A stretch of DNA of 64,000 bases from Candidatus Parvarchaeota archaeon (GTDB lineage Archaea > Nanobdellota > Nanobdellia > WJKC01). The first letter of the stretch is position 1, and each line of letters begins with the position of its first letter. The notes under the pieces are model-generated. The model saw nothing but the letters and a program-made list of their open reading frames with translations. It was not told the origin of the DNA and searched no databases. Where the stretch lies: contig JAFCFT010000003.1 of the NCBI GenBank assembly GCA_017608505.1, positions 234-64,233 on the forward strand, read 5' to 3'. Below are positions 1 through 9,502 of this stretch, one piece after another. Both the position numbers and the translations under genes were made by a program.

Positions 1-438
1 TGGGTTTGCATCGCCTTTAGTAGTATAATATGTCTTGCCGTCAATAACTGTCTTGTTTATCACTCTATGGACTATTAAATTACGGCCGTAATAATATACA
101 ACAACATCTCCAACATTTATTTCACCTGAACGAACTGTAATGGCATCCCCCATGTCAAGACCGTTTTGAAACGGCCAAGACAAGTAATCTGACTTATTAT
201 AGCCATTTCGGTCTAGCCATTCATAAAAAGTTATGTTTACTACGCCTGGCTGATGATGCATTGAGTTAGAAAGCACTGCAATAAAGTCATTCAAGCCAAA
301 AACATACAGAAATACTGGAAAAGCAACAAATTTTAACAAAACATATGCAAATACGACAAATGCTATATAAGAGCCTACGCCTTTGCCGTACAGCACCCAT
401 TTTACGAATTTTTTAAATATTCTTAGAGCCTTGCGCAT
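1..438 (-). CDS. Signal peptidase I (S26, Sec11-like), runs off the window edge
   Basis: Not in ORF track. Manual translation from ATG 438: N-terminal TM helix, VLSNSM (catalytic Ser), GDVVVY, IVHRV (His), TKGDAN. Confidence 0.85.
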   Translation of the reverse strand, partial: MRKALRIFKKFVKWVLYGKGVGSYIAFVVFAYVLLKFVAFPVFLYVFGLNDFIAVLSNSMHHQPGVVNITFYEWLDRNGYNKSDYLSWPFQNGLDMGDAITVRSGEINVGDVVVYYYGRNLIVHRVINKTVIDGKTYYTTKGDANP

Positions 439-470
439 GAATATAGAATAAAAAGTGCCTTTTTTAAATT

Positions 471-1052
471 TTATGCTCTGCCATGCGATTCGCCAGTCAC
501 AATGCCTGACGCAATCAAGTGGGCAACCCTTACAGGTTCAGGAATTCTGCCGCGAAGTGTTGAAAGTTTAATGATTTTTACAGCATCCTCGCGAGAAAGG
601 CCAATGTGCTGGAAATATATCTTGCCTTCTTTAAGCTCTGTCTCAGACACAGGAGGAAGCTTTTCAATTAAAGACCATCTTTTTTTAGGCCTTGAAAGAT
701 TGTTTAATGCTTTTTTAATAGAGTTTAAGTCAGGTCTTCGCCTAATAACTGCAATTACAGGCAACTTTGTTTCTTTATAAACAAGCTCTAAGTCAACAAT
801 ATTAAAGCCTCCAAGAGCCACGCCATCAATCATTATAACACTTAACTGGGCCTTGTGCTTTGAGGAGTTAACGGCGCGTATCAATTTTCTTGTCGCGTCA
901 AATCCATCTTGCCTCACATAAAAAGAGAGCAAGCCGTCAATTGAACTTTTTCCTCTATAAACAGTGCACACGACTAATACTTTTCTTTTTGGTCCAAACT
1001 TCTCAAATGGACCATCATCAACGCCTAGAATGCGCAATTCTTTTTTAACCAC
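471..1052 (-). CDS. DUF99 / endonuclease V-like family protein
   Basis: ILGVDDGPF, IMIDGVALGGFNIVD, GRIPEPVRVAHLIASG motifs. GTG start at 1052 preferred over ORF-track 1094. Confidence 0.85.
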   Translation of the reverse strand: MVKKELRILGVDDGPFEKFGPKRKVLVVCTVYRGKSSIDGLLSFYVRQDGFDATRKLIRAVNSSKHKAQLSVIMIDGVALGGFNIVDLELVYKETKLPVIAVIRRRPDLNSIKKALNNLSRPKKRWSLIEKLPPVSETELKEGKIYFQHIGLSREDAVKIIKLSTLRGRIPEPVRVAHLIASGIVTGESHGRA

Positions 1053-1104
1053 ATATATAAAGAGATAAAAAACATTTATAAATGAATTGAACAAAAGAAA
1101 GTCT

Positions 1105-1713
1105 ATGAAAGAGGTATACTTAATAGGTGTAAATCACCTACAATATGACTTAAACCAAAAAATATACAATGAGTTAAGCAATATAAAACCAAACGCTATT
1201 ACAGTTGAAGCAAAGCCTGGGATGGTGGAATATTACATAAAAGCAACAATTTTACCTTTAATAATTAATGGATTTGCTGATAAAAAAGAATTTATACCTG
1301 GTCTAGAATTAGTGGGCGCATATCAGTACGCTACTGATAATAAAATTAATCTGTACCAAATTGACAATCTGAGGGGTCTGAACTCATTTATTGTAAATGT
1401 TGAAAGAATCTTATCAAAATGTTCAAAGGAAGAATTAGTAAATAAATTGAAAATTCTTTCAAAAGAAGTTAATAATAACAAAATAATAAGGTTTGAGAAG
1501 GGATTGCATAACAAATTACTCCACCCAATAAATAGAATGACGTTGAATTTAAGAGACACGTATCAAGCAATAAAAATAAAAGAGTTATTAAATAACTATG
1601 AAAAGTTGGCTCACATTGGAGGTCTTGGTCACATTAAAAACTTAAAAAAATACTTAAAAGATAAAGAAATCAAGACTTATGTTCGAAATATTTCAGTAAA
1701 GCAAAAAGAATAG
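1105..1713 (+). CDS. TraB/PrgY/GumN-like protein
   Basis: YLIGVNH...ITVE...LYQID...RD...HIGGLGHI pattern resembles the TraB/Tiki superfamily. ATG 1105. Confidence 0.5.
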   Translation: MKEVYLIGVNHLQYDLNQKIYNELSNIKPNAITVEAKPGMVEYYIKATILPLIINGFADKKEFIPGLELVGAYQYATDNKINLYQIDNLRGLNSFIVNVERILSKCSKEELVNKLKILSKEVNNNKIIRFEKGLHNKLLHPINRMTLNLRDTYQAIKIKELLNNYEKLAHIGGLGHIKNLKKYLKDKEIKTYVRNISVKQKE

Positions 1714-2143
1714 GGACTTTTTTACTAAATCTTAAAATACTTTCACTTGCCTCGTTAGGCCTCCCTCTTCTTAAATTCTCAAGTATTTTTTGAAAATTTT
1801 TATCCCCACTCTTTTCAAAAGCCCTGCTTATGTTCCACAAGTCGTGCGTTAATAATTCTTTGATCAGTTCTTTAGTATCTTTATTTTTAAAATATTTAGG
1901 CAAACACTCTCTAAATTTTTTTGACTCAAAAATATCTCCTAATTCTTCAGCAAAACTATTAAGAAGCCCCTCTTGTCTTTTCTTATTTAGTTTGCCCCAC
2001 TCGTGCACTAGTGATTTAAATTCTTTAGTCTTATCCGGATCAAAACCAAAATTTTTTAGTTTATCATATAATTTACTCAAATATTTGGGCTCAAGAGTCA
2101 TAAAAAGCATGTACTTTGCAAAAAAGTAGTTGCGTTCTATCAT
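1670..2143 (-). CDS. Hypothetical protein
   Basis: 157-aa ORF with ATGA overlap with the rpoL stop codon. Confidence 0.55.
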   Translation of the reverse strand: MIERNYFFAKYMLFMTLEPKYLSKLYDKLKNFGFDPDKTKEFKSLVHEWGKLNKKRQEGLLNSFAEELGDIFESKKFRECLPKYFKNKDTKELIKELLTHDLWNISRAFEKSGDKNFQKILENLRRGRPNEASESILRFSKKVPILFALLKYFEHKS

Positions 2144-2397
2144 TTTACTTGCTTTTCTAATTCAGCAATGTCTGCTTTTAAAGCCTTTAGTGCGTTTTCG
2201 ACAGAGGCTTTGACATTGCTTCCTTTAATGTTAAGCACGAATTTGCCAAGCAATGGATGAGGCTGATTGTACCCTGCAAATTTTATTGTTTTATCGTCCT
2301 GCAACTTTCTTTTAAGCATGTTAAGCAATGTATGGTCTTCGCCTTCAATTTCTAGAACCCAAGAGGCCTTGTCCCTTTGAACAAAATTAATATCCAT
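2140..2397 (-). CDS. rpoL: DNA-directed RNA polymerase subunit L (Rpo11)
   Basis: EIEGEDHTLLNML and FAGYNQPHPLL signatures. Start MDINF at 2397. Confidence 0.92.
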   Translation of the reverse strand: MDINFVQRDKASWVLEIEGEDHTLLNMLKRKLQDDKTIKFAGYNQPHPLLGKFVLNIKGSNVKASVENALKALKADIAELEKQVK

Positions 2398-2440
2398 AGA
2401 ATGGAGAAAATTAAAAGGTTTTATAAATGTTTCGCAATTA

Positions 2441-3133
2441 ATGATACTCATGGACAAGCGCAAACGTGCAATGGAGCTTGTAAAAAAGAAATTAAAAGAG
2501 GCATTTAGCCCAGAAATCCCTTTAATACAGGCGATAAGCGCTATTGATGAAATTGACAAAAATATCAACATTCAGTATGAGCGCTTGAGCGAATTGTACA
2601 AAATGTATTATCCTGAAGCTATGAAAAAAGTCAAAGACGCATCGCATCTTGTAAAACTTTTGCAAGACCCGAAAAGGAGCGCAGTCAGCAAAAAGCTCGG
2701 CATTAAAGAAGAAAGCGTTGGGTATGAATACGGCTCTGCAGACTTAGAAATGATTAAAGTTTTTGCGCAAAAATTAGGTGAACTAATAGTTCTTAGAAAA
2801 AAGCTTGAAGAATACGTTAAGAAAAGAGTTAAAGAAATTGCGCCAAAAATGAGCGAGGTTGCAGGCCCAATGCTTGCAGCAAGGCTTATAATGATTGCAG
2901 GAAGCCTAAAAAGACTTGCACTAATGCCTTCAAGCACTATTCAAGTGCTCGGCGCTGAAAAGGCGCTGTTTAGGCACTTAAGAAGCGGTGCAAAGCCGCC
3001 AAAGCACGGCGTTATAATCCAACATCAGTCAATTCAAAGGGTTGGAAGAAAAGAAAGGGGCAAAGCTGCAAGAAGGCTTGCCAACGAGATTAGCAAAGCT
3101 GCAAGGAGTGATTACTTTGAAAAGAATAAGTGA
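2441..3133 (+). CDS. nop5: C/D box sRNP protein Nop5 (short form)
   Basis: LALMPSSTIQVLGAEKALFRHL, PPKHGVI. Adjacent to fibrillarin. Confidence 0.92.
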   Translation: MILMDKRKRAMELVKKKLKEAFSPEIPLIQAISAIDEIDKNINIQYERLSELYKMYYPEAMKKVKDASHLVKLLQDPKRSAVSKKLGIKEESVGYEYGSADLEMIKVFAQKLGELIVLRKKLEEYVKKRVKEIAPKMSEVAGPMLAARLIMIAGSLKRLALMPSSTIQVLGAEKALFRHLRSGAKPPKHGVIIQHQSIQRVGRKERGKAARRLANEISKAARSDYFEKNK

Positions 3134-3770
3134 AGGAATATATAGAGAAGGAAATAAAATATACACAAAAAGCATAGCGCCAAAAACAAAAGTATATGAT
3201 GAGAGAATTAAAAAAATCAAGAAAGACGAATTTAGAGAATGGGACCCAAGAAGAAGCAAATTAAGCGCAGCAATAATGAAGGGCCTAAGAAGGATTCCAA
3301 TAAAGAGTGATTCTATAATATTGTACTTAGGGGCTGCAAATGGCACGACAGCAAGCCATGTTGCTGACATCGCGTACAAAGGACGAGTCTATGCTGTAGA
3401 AATCAGCCCAAGGGCTATGATGGACCTTATGTTTGTGTGCGAAAAAAGAAAAAACATGATACCTATTTTAGGAAATGCAAATCATCCAGAAGAGTATGAA
3501 AGTCTGCTAGAGCCTGTTGATTTGGTTTACCAAGACGTTGCTCAAAAGAACCAAGCAGAAATATTGCTGGAAAACTGCAAGAAGTTTTTAAAGCGCGAAG
3601 GATACGCCATGATTGCAGTTAAAGCCAGAAGCATTGATGTTGCAGAAAAACCCTCAAAGGTCTTTGCAAGAGTTGAAGAAAAGCTAAAGAAAAATTTCAA
3701 TATAATTGACAAGAGAAGGCTGGAGCCTTATGAAAAAGATCACATGTTCTACCTGCTTAAGATGAAATAG
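3108..3770 (+). CDS. flpA: Fibrillarin rRNA/tRNA 2'-O-methyltransferase
   Basis: REWDPRRSKLSAAI, LYLGAANGTTASH, YQDVAQ, LEPYEKDH. GTG start at 3108 inferred. Confidence 0.95.
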   Translation: MITLKRISEGIYREGNKIYTKSIAPKTKVYDERIKKIKKDEFREWDPRRSKLSAAIMKGLRRIPIKSDSIILYLGAANGTTASHVADIAYKGRVYAVEISPRAMMDLMFVCEKRKNMIPILGNANHPEEYESLLEPVDLVYQDVAQKNQAEILLENCKKFLKREGYAMIAVKARSIDVAEKPSKVFARVEEKLKKNFNIIDKRRLEPYEKDHMFYLLKMK

Positions 3771-3771
3771 T

Positions 3772-4485
3772 ATGGATGTAGAAAAAATTGAAAAAGCATT
3801 AAAAGAAAGGAATAAAGCAGAGATAACGCTAGGAGAGGATGAGAAGGCAATCTATATTGGCAGTGGTCCATATATTGAAAATATTTCGCACATTACTCCA
3901 TTAGTCAACGCAAAGACATACATCTTATCTGACATAAAATTTGAAAAAAATGAAGAAGTCATTATTGATGATGTAAGGATAATTATTTCTAAAAAGGATG
4001 GGTTTGAATTAGTTAAGAAGGATAAGAATATTAAATTTGTCATGATTGACCAAGCAGTTAGTTATAAAGACAAGCTTAGATTAATATCAGAGAATGCGTA
4101 TGTTTGCTTCTGGACCATGAGCAAGTTCAATGACTTTGAAAAAATAATTTATGAAAGAATGGGATTAAAATATCATAGTACACATCAAGGCGTTGCTATA
4201 TTCGTTAAGAAAAAAGAACCAAGCAAAAACGATGTTAAGGTTGCTGAGTACCTTAAAGACATATATTCAATCATTACAGTCAAACTACTACTCAATGTTA
4301 AAGTAAGGATACCTCCTGATTACGAAAGGTTTAAAAAAATGCTAAAAGAATTAGAGAAGCCTGAATTTAAATTGATAGGCAAGGAAAAACAGGTAATAAA
4401 AGAATTCATTAAGAAAATGAAAGAACGAAGAATAGAAGATTACATAATTGAAGAAATTAAGGATGCATTAAATTGGAAGGATTAA
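3772..4485 (+). CDS. Hypothetical protein
   Basis: 237-aa ORF directly after flpA, no recognised family. Confidence 0.6.
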   Translation: MDVEKIEKALKERNKAEITLGEDEKAIYIGSGPYIENISHITPLVNAKTYILSDIKFEKNEEVIIDDVRIIISKKDGFELVKKDKNIKFVMIDQAVSYKDKLRLISENAYVCFWTMSKFNDFEKIIYERMGLKYHSTHQGVAIFVKKKEPSKNDVKVAEYLKDIYSIITVKLLLNVKVRIPPDYERFKKMLKELEKPEFKLIGKEKQVIKEFIKKMKERRIEDYIIEEIKDALNWKD

Positions 4486-4486
4486 A

Positions 4487-4735
4487 TTACTTGTAAATTC
4501 TGCTTCTATGACCAACTTCAACTACAAAGATCACTGATTCCTTAATCCTTATGTCAAGTATCGCCCTGTAATCTCCAATTCTTAAGCTGTAATAAGGCAA
4601 TCCAGCTAAGCGTTTAACAAAATTAAAAGGCCTAATCTTAATTCTTTCAAGAACATTAATAATTCTTTTCTGAGTAATGTTATCTAACTTATTAAATTGT
4701 TTTTCAGCATTATATGAGAAAAAGACTTTATACAT
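4487..4735 (-). CDS. RelE/ParE family toxin
   Basis: 82 aa, YSLRIGDYRAI...VGHRSRIY. Confidence 0.9.
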   Translation of the reverse strand: MYKVFFSYNAEKQFNKLDNITQKRIINVLERIKIRPFNFVKRLAGLPYYSLRIGDYRAILDIRIKESVIFVVEVGHRSRIYK

Positions 4736-4738
4736 GTC

Positions 4739-4957
4739 TTAAACGCCTATTTTCTTTTTAATATCCTCAAGAGAAACAACCTTTCCTTCGCGAATTTCTT
4801 TCTCAGATTTTGCAACATTCTTTTTTGCTTCATCAGATAACTCTAATCTGTCTTCAATTAGGTCCCAAATAATATCCTCATAACTCTCGTTACGATACAT
4901 TTTCATAAGCTTAAGTTTAGTTAATAATTCCTTGCTAACTTGGATAGTTGTTTCCAT
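4739..4957 (-). CDS. Antitoxin (RelB-like, RHH-type N-terminus)
   Basis: METTIQVS...ESYEDIIWDLIE...GKVVSLEDI, directly upstream of the toxin. Confidence 0.8.
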   Translation of the reverse strand: METTIQVSKELLTKLKLMKMYRNESYEDIIWDLIEDRLELSDEAKKNVAKSEKEIREGKVVSLEDIKKKIGV

Positions 4958-5062
4958 AGTTAATTATATAAATATTATATTTTTAAGACTTATGCATTTA
5001 CTTAGATAAAAAACGAAAAATAATAAATTTTTCAAAATTCTAGAAAGGACTGGAAAAGTGTT

Positions 5063-5359
5063 ATGAATTTGCAATTTAAGAGTTTAAAAGAAGGACTACT
5101 GCTATTGAATAAAAATTATGTTGTTCTAACAAGCCACACTAAAAAATTGATCAGCGAAGTAAGCAAGAAACTCAATAACATCACTGACGCAATAATACTC
5201 ACAGACCTAAAAACAAAAAAACATTCTGAGCAAGAGATAATGAGCATCTTTAACTTAGCAGAGAAATACAATATTAATTATGACGAAGAACTATGGAATA
5301 ATTACAAATGCATTAAAGAAGCATTAAAGAAAAAAATAAAGAGATTGTCAAGGAATTAA
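5063..5359 (+). CDS. Hypothetical protein, possibly a gene fragment
   Basis: 98-aa ORF, no motif recognised. Confidence 0.35.
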   Translation: MNLQFKSLKEGLLLLNKNYVVLTSHTKKLISEVSKKLNNITDAIILTDLKTKKHSEQEIMSIFNLAEKYNINYDEELWNNYKCIKEALKKKIKRLSRN

Positions 5360-5569
5360 CAAAAGATGGAATAAAAAGGGCCTCTCTAGGTCCAGAATCA
5401 CTAACCCTCTTTGGACATACAAAAATTGTAATATTCTTTAATAAAAAAAATAAAAATTCAAAATGGAGAAAACGAGGAATTCCAAAAAATAAAGAAAAAA
5501 GTTAGAAAGTTATTAAACACGTTATAAAACAAAATAAAGCTTAAATAATGACCTTGCTATATTATTTCC

Positions 5570-7042
5570 TTGATGGAAGAAAACATAACTGTTGCCAAAG
5601 CAATTGCAGACACGCTAAAAACTACTTTAGGACCAAAAGGAATGGACAAAATGCTGATTGACGCTGTTGGAGACATAGTGATAACAAATGACGGCGCAAC
5701 AGTCTTAAAAGAAGTTGAGTTAAAGCATCCAGGGGCAAAAGTAATTGCAGAAGTTGCAAAAACATTAGAAGAGTCTGTTGGCGACGGCACCGCAAGCGCA
5801 GTCGTGTTAACTGGAGAATTATTAAACAAAGCGCTGGAATTAAAGAAAAAAGGATTGCATCCTGCAACAATAATTAAAGGATACGAACTTGCAAGGGATT
5901 ATGCATTAGATGCGCTTGATAGGAATGCAATAAGCATAGATGTGAATGACAAAAAGGTTCTTGAAAATATAATTGGTACTGCGCTTACTGGGAAAAGCGT
6001 GGGAAAAGTAAAAGAAATCTTAACAAGAATTGTTTTGGAAACAGCGCAAACTGTTGAAAGCTTTGATGATGTAAAAATCGAAAAAAAGATTGGAGGGTCA
6101 ATAGAAGATTCCAAAGTAATAAAGGGCGTTCTTATTGACAAAGAGCCAGTGTTTAGCCAGATGAGTAAAAAAATTGACAAAGCAAGAATAGTTCTTGTTG
6201 ATTCCCCGCTAGAGGTTAAAACCCTTGAGACAAATGCTGAAATCAAGATAAGATTCCCTGAAGAGCTTGGAAAATTCAGGGAAAAAGAACTAGAAATGCT
6301 AAAAGACTTGGTTCAAAAGATTATAAATGTAAATGCGAACTTGGTGCTTTGTCAAAAAGGAATTGATGAAGAAGCCCAGCAAATGCTTGCAAAAGCAGGC
6401 ATAACAGCAATAAGAAGAATCAGAAGGACTGACATGGAGCTTCTCTCAAAAGCATTAAGGGTCAACATAGTCACTGATTTGAAAGATTTGAAGGAAAGTG
6501 ATGTTGGTTTGGCAAGCATGGAAACTAAAAAAATAGGGGACGAAGAAATGACAATAATACATAACTGCGCTAATCCAAAAGCAGTGACAATATTATTAAG
6601 AGGCGCCCAAGAGCAGCTGCTTGACGAAATTGAAAGGTCCATAAAAGATGCTTTCGGAGACCTAAAAACAATTTTTAAAGACAATAGGGTTGTGTTTGGG
6701 GCAGGTGCAACAGAACTAATGCTAAGAAAAAAAATAATTGAATACTCAAACAAGATAAAAGGAAAGGAGCAGCTAGCAGTTCTTGGCTTTGCGCAAGCGC
6801 TTGAAGCGATTCCAAAAGCGCTGATAGAAAATTCAGGTGGAAACGTAATTGATATTATGGCGGAGCTAATTAAAAGGTATGAATCTTGCAGCGAGTGGGG
6901 TGCAGGAGAAAGAGTCATTAATGCAAAAAAAGAAGGAATAATAGAGCCGCTGAATCTTAAAAAACAAGTGATAAAAACTGCTTGCGAATCAGCAAAGATG
7001 GTACTAAGAGTAGATAATATTATTTTAAAGAAAAAGTTGTAA
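5570..7042 (+). CDS. Group II chaperonin (thermosome) subunit, divergent
   Basis: TLGPKGMDKML, ITNDGATVL, VGDGTAS, LCQKGID, VFGAGATE. Confidence 0.92.
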   Translation: MMEENITVAKAIADTLKTTLGPKGMDKMLIDAVGDIVITNDGATVLKEVELKHPGAKVIAEVAKTLEESVGDGTASAVVLTGELLNKALELKKKGLHPATIIKGYELARDYALDALDRNAISIDVNDKKVLENIIGTALTGKSVGKVKEILTRIVLETAQTVESFDDVKIEKKIGGSIEDSKVIKGVLIDKEPVFSQMSKKIDKARIVLVDSPLEVKTLETNAEIKIRFPEELGKFREKELEMLKDLVQKIINVNANLVLCQKGIDEEAQQMLAKAGITAIRRIRRTDMELLSKALRVNIVTDLKDLKESDVGLASMETKKIGDEEMTIIHNCANPKAVTILLRGAQEQLLDEIERSIKDAFGDLKTIFKDNRVVFGAGATELMLRKKIIEYSNKIKGKEQLAVLGFAQALEAIPKALIENSGGNVIDIMAELIKRYESCSEWGAGERVINAKKEGIIEPLNLKKQVIKTACESAKMVLRVDNIILKKKL

Positions 7043-7085
7043 TCTTAAAGTAACCTTTATAATTCCTAAGTGATTTAAAAAAAGC

Positions 7086-7574
7086 ATGCCTAGAAAGGCT
7101 TCTGAAGAAGAGTACGAATTAGTGCCTGTGAGCCCTATTAAAAGGCTTGAAAGGGAAATTGAAGATTTAAAGAAAAAAAAGGTTGCTGAAATCCCTATAG
7201 AAAAACTTGGAGACAATATTGAAAAACTAAATGAGCAAGTAAGCAAATTAGTGACTGTAAATATTAATCTCCAAGCAAAAATAACTGAACTGCTGATAAA
7301 AAATGCTGAGTTAATAGAAGGAGTCACCGAAATGGTTGAACTATTAAAGAGGGCTTCAGAAGTTGAGGTAACGGCAGAAACAAAGCCAGAACAAAAAATA
7401 GACTTGTCTCCAGTAGTCAACGAATTAAAAAATATAAGCTCGCAAAATGCTCAAATACTTGAAGGCTTTAAAAGATTAAATGAATATATGCAAAAGACGT
7501 ATAGAAGAGGTATGCTTGAAAAGGTGCTTGAAGCGCCAAGTCAAAGAACCATGCCTGAAGGTGGAAAAATTTGA
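7086..7574 (+). CDS. Coiled-coil hypothetical protein, first gene of the pilus locus
   Basis: Heptad-rich 162-aa ORF overlapping the start of pilin 1. Confidence 0.65.
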   Translation: MPRKASEEEYELVPVSPIKRLEREIEDLKKKKVAEIPIEKLGDNIEKLNEQVSKLVTVNINLQAKITELLIKNAELIEGVTEMVELLKRASEVEVTAETKPEQKIDLSPVVNELKNISSQNAQILEGFKRLNEYMQKTYRRGMLEKVLEAPSQRTMPEGGKI

Positions 7575-8023
7575 ATAAAAAAGCAATTACTCCAGTCATT
7601 GCAGTTGTATTGTTGCTAATGATGACTGTGGCTGCAGCAGGAGCTGCTTTTTTTTGGATAACAACAATACAAAGCAGGATACAGGGGCAGATAGGAACGC
7701 AAACAACAGAATCAACAGGACAAGCAAGACAGTTTCAAATAATAAGTGCTGAATGCTCAAATGCGTCTCCAAACTTAATTAATGTAACAATCCAAAATGT
7801 TGGAAATTTGCAAATAGATGCTGGCACAACAGCAATTACAGTTACTGACAATTTAGGCCAAGTCATAGCAACAAACATATCGACAATGGAATCTGCATTA
7901 GAGAAAGGGGACATAACAACAATCAGATTTGCAACAGAAGCGCTTACAAGCGGAAAAACATACGGCTTAAAGATAACGCTTCCAGGCGGAGCAGAGCAGA
8001 CAACAGTATGCATTAGTAAGTAA
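7571..8023 (+). CDS. Archaeal type IV pilin 1
   Basis: Class III signal peptide KKA|ITPVIAVVLLLMMTVAAAG, two Cys. Confidence 0.9.
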   Translation: MNKKAITPVIAVVLLLMMTVAAAGAAFFWITTIQSRIQGQIGTQTTESTGQARQFQIISAECSNASPNLINVTIQNVGNLQIDAGTTAITVTDNLGQVIATNISTMESALEKGDITTIRFATEALTSGKTYGLKITLPGGAEQTTVCISK

Positions 8024-8149
8024 AGTATATAAATCCTAACGCATTATATAAAAACTAATGTTTAACAGGAAAGCAATTACTCCAGTCATTGCAGTTGTAT
8101 TGTTGCTAATGATGACTGTGGCTGCAGCAGGAGCTGCTTTTTTTTGGAT
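7580..8149 (+). repeat. 80-bp identical direct repeat (7580-7659 / 8070-8149) in the pilin 5' ends
   Basis: Base-by-base identity. A second 32-bp identical block lies at 7973-8004 / 8466-8497. Confidence 0.95.
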
Positions 8150-8516
8150 GACCACAATTCAAAGCAGAATACAAGGGCAGATAGGAACTCAAGTTTCAGA
8201 AACAACGCTTACAACAACTACGACGTTAAACATAGTAAATGTAATATGCAATGCTTCTCCAGGAATGGTTAATATCACAATACAAAACACAGGAAGCAAC
8301 ACAATAGTGTCAGGAACAAGCGCACTAACAATAACAGACACGCAGGACAGAGTATTAAAAACAGCAACAACGACAAGCCCTTCATTTGCGCAAAACGAAA
8401 TAATAACAATAAATTACACAATTGGAGAAGGAGTAATAACTGCAGGAACAACATATGGAGTTAAAATAACGCTTCCAGGCGGAGCAGAGCAGACAACTGA
8501 CTGCATAGCGCAATAA
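8058..8516 (+). CDS. Archaeal type IV pilin 2 (paralog of pilin 1)
   Basis: RKA|ITPVIAVVLLLMMTVAAAG, same Cys pair. Confidence 0.9.
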   Translation: MFNRKAITPVIAVVLLLMMTVAAAGAAFFWMTTIQSRIQGQIGTQVSETTLTTTTTLNIVNVICNASPGMVNITIQNTGSNTIVSGTSALTITDTQDRVLKTATTTSPSFAQNEIITINYTIGEGVITAGTTYGVKITLPGGAEQTTDCIAQ

Positions 8517-8554
8517 GAAAAGAATTATAAGTTATCTATTATTTATTAATTTTA

Positions 8555-9451
8555 ATGAAGGCGCAGTCAGCAATAATAAGCACAATACTATTATCAAGCA
8601 TTATCCTTTCCATTGTTACTGCAACTTTTATCTGGGGACAGCCATTGGTCCAAAAAACAACAGATAAAATTAAGATAGACACTTTAACTGAAATGTTAAA
8701 AACTATTAAAAATGGAATTGACAATGCTCAGCAGACTGGAAGCCCGTCTCAAGTGCAATTAGACATTTCTGGCGCAACAGTGATTATAAAACCAGATGAC
8801 AATGCGATAGCTGTAAAAACAAAGACTACAATACCAATAATAACATCGTATACTTTTGTTCCATTAAGTTATACTGAATTGCCGTTTGAAAATGAATTAA
8901 TAGATATTAACACTTCGCATATTAACAGCACTCCTGTTTTTACGCCTGAAGACTATGTTGCTGGAACAGACATACGCTTTGGAAATGTTACATTAGAAAA
9001 CGAAATTTACAATGTCACTACTTTTTATACAGGGGCAAGTTATGACGTTGCTTGCTTTTATCAAGGACAGTACGCAACGCAGGATGAATGCGTAGACGAG
9101 GGCCAAGATTTTGTTAAAAATGACACAACATACACCCTCTCATGGATAAGCTCAGATGGAACTGAAGTAATACTTATAGGCCCTGAAGTGGAAAATTTAG
9201 GAGTGCTTGGCACAGACCCAGGAGGCATAATAATAGGAAAAAGCCTGCCTATAAGCGGCGTGCAAAATGTTGAATTAAGACTTGCATATAGGGGATTGAT
9301 TGACGCCTCTGGAAGAGTAACAAAAACAGTGCTTCAATGCACAAGAGGCTGCAGGACTGGCGAAGGAAGGAAAAAATTAAAAATTTCGTTAGACAGGGTT
9401 GAGAGAACGGAAAACGCAACATACTTTTACGTGAACCTGCAATTTGAATAG
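8555..9451 (+). CDS. Minor pilin-like protein
   Basis: MKA|QSAIISTILL class III-like signal followed by a hydrophobic helix. Confidence 0.7.
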   Translation: MKAQSAIISTILLSSIILSIVTATFIWGQPLVQKTTDKIKIDTLTEMLKTIKNGIDNAQQTGSPSQVQLDISGATVIIKPDDNAIAVKTKTTIPIITSYTFVPLSYTELPFENELIDINTSHINSTPVFTPEDYVAGTDIRFGNVTLENEIYNVTTFYTGASYDVACFYQGQYATQDECVDEGQDFVKNDTTYTLSWISSDGTEVILIGPEVENLGVLGTDPGGIIIGKSLPISGVQNVELRLAYRGLIDASGRVTKTVLQCTRGCRTGEGRKKLKISLDRVERTENATYFYVNLQFE

Positions 9452-9502
9452 AACCATAAAATCCTTAAACATAGAACAACTATTTTATCTTGAGGGATAA
9501 TA

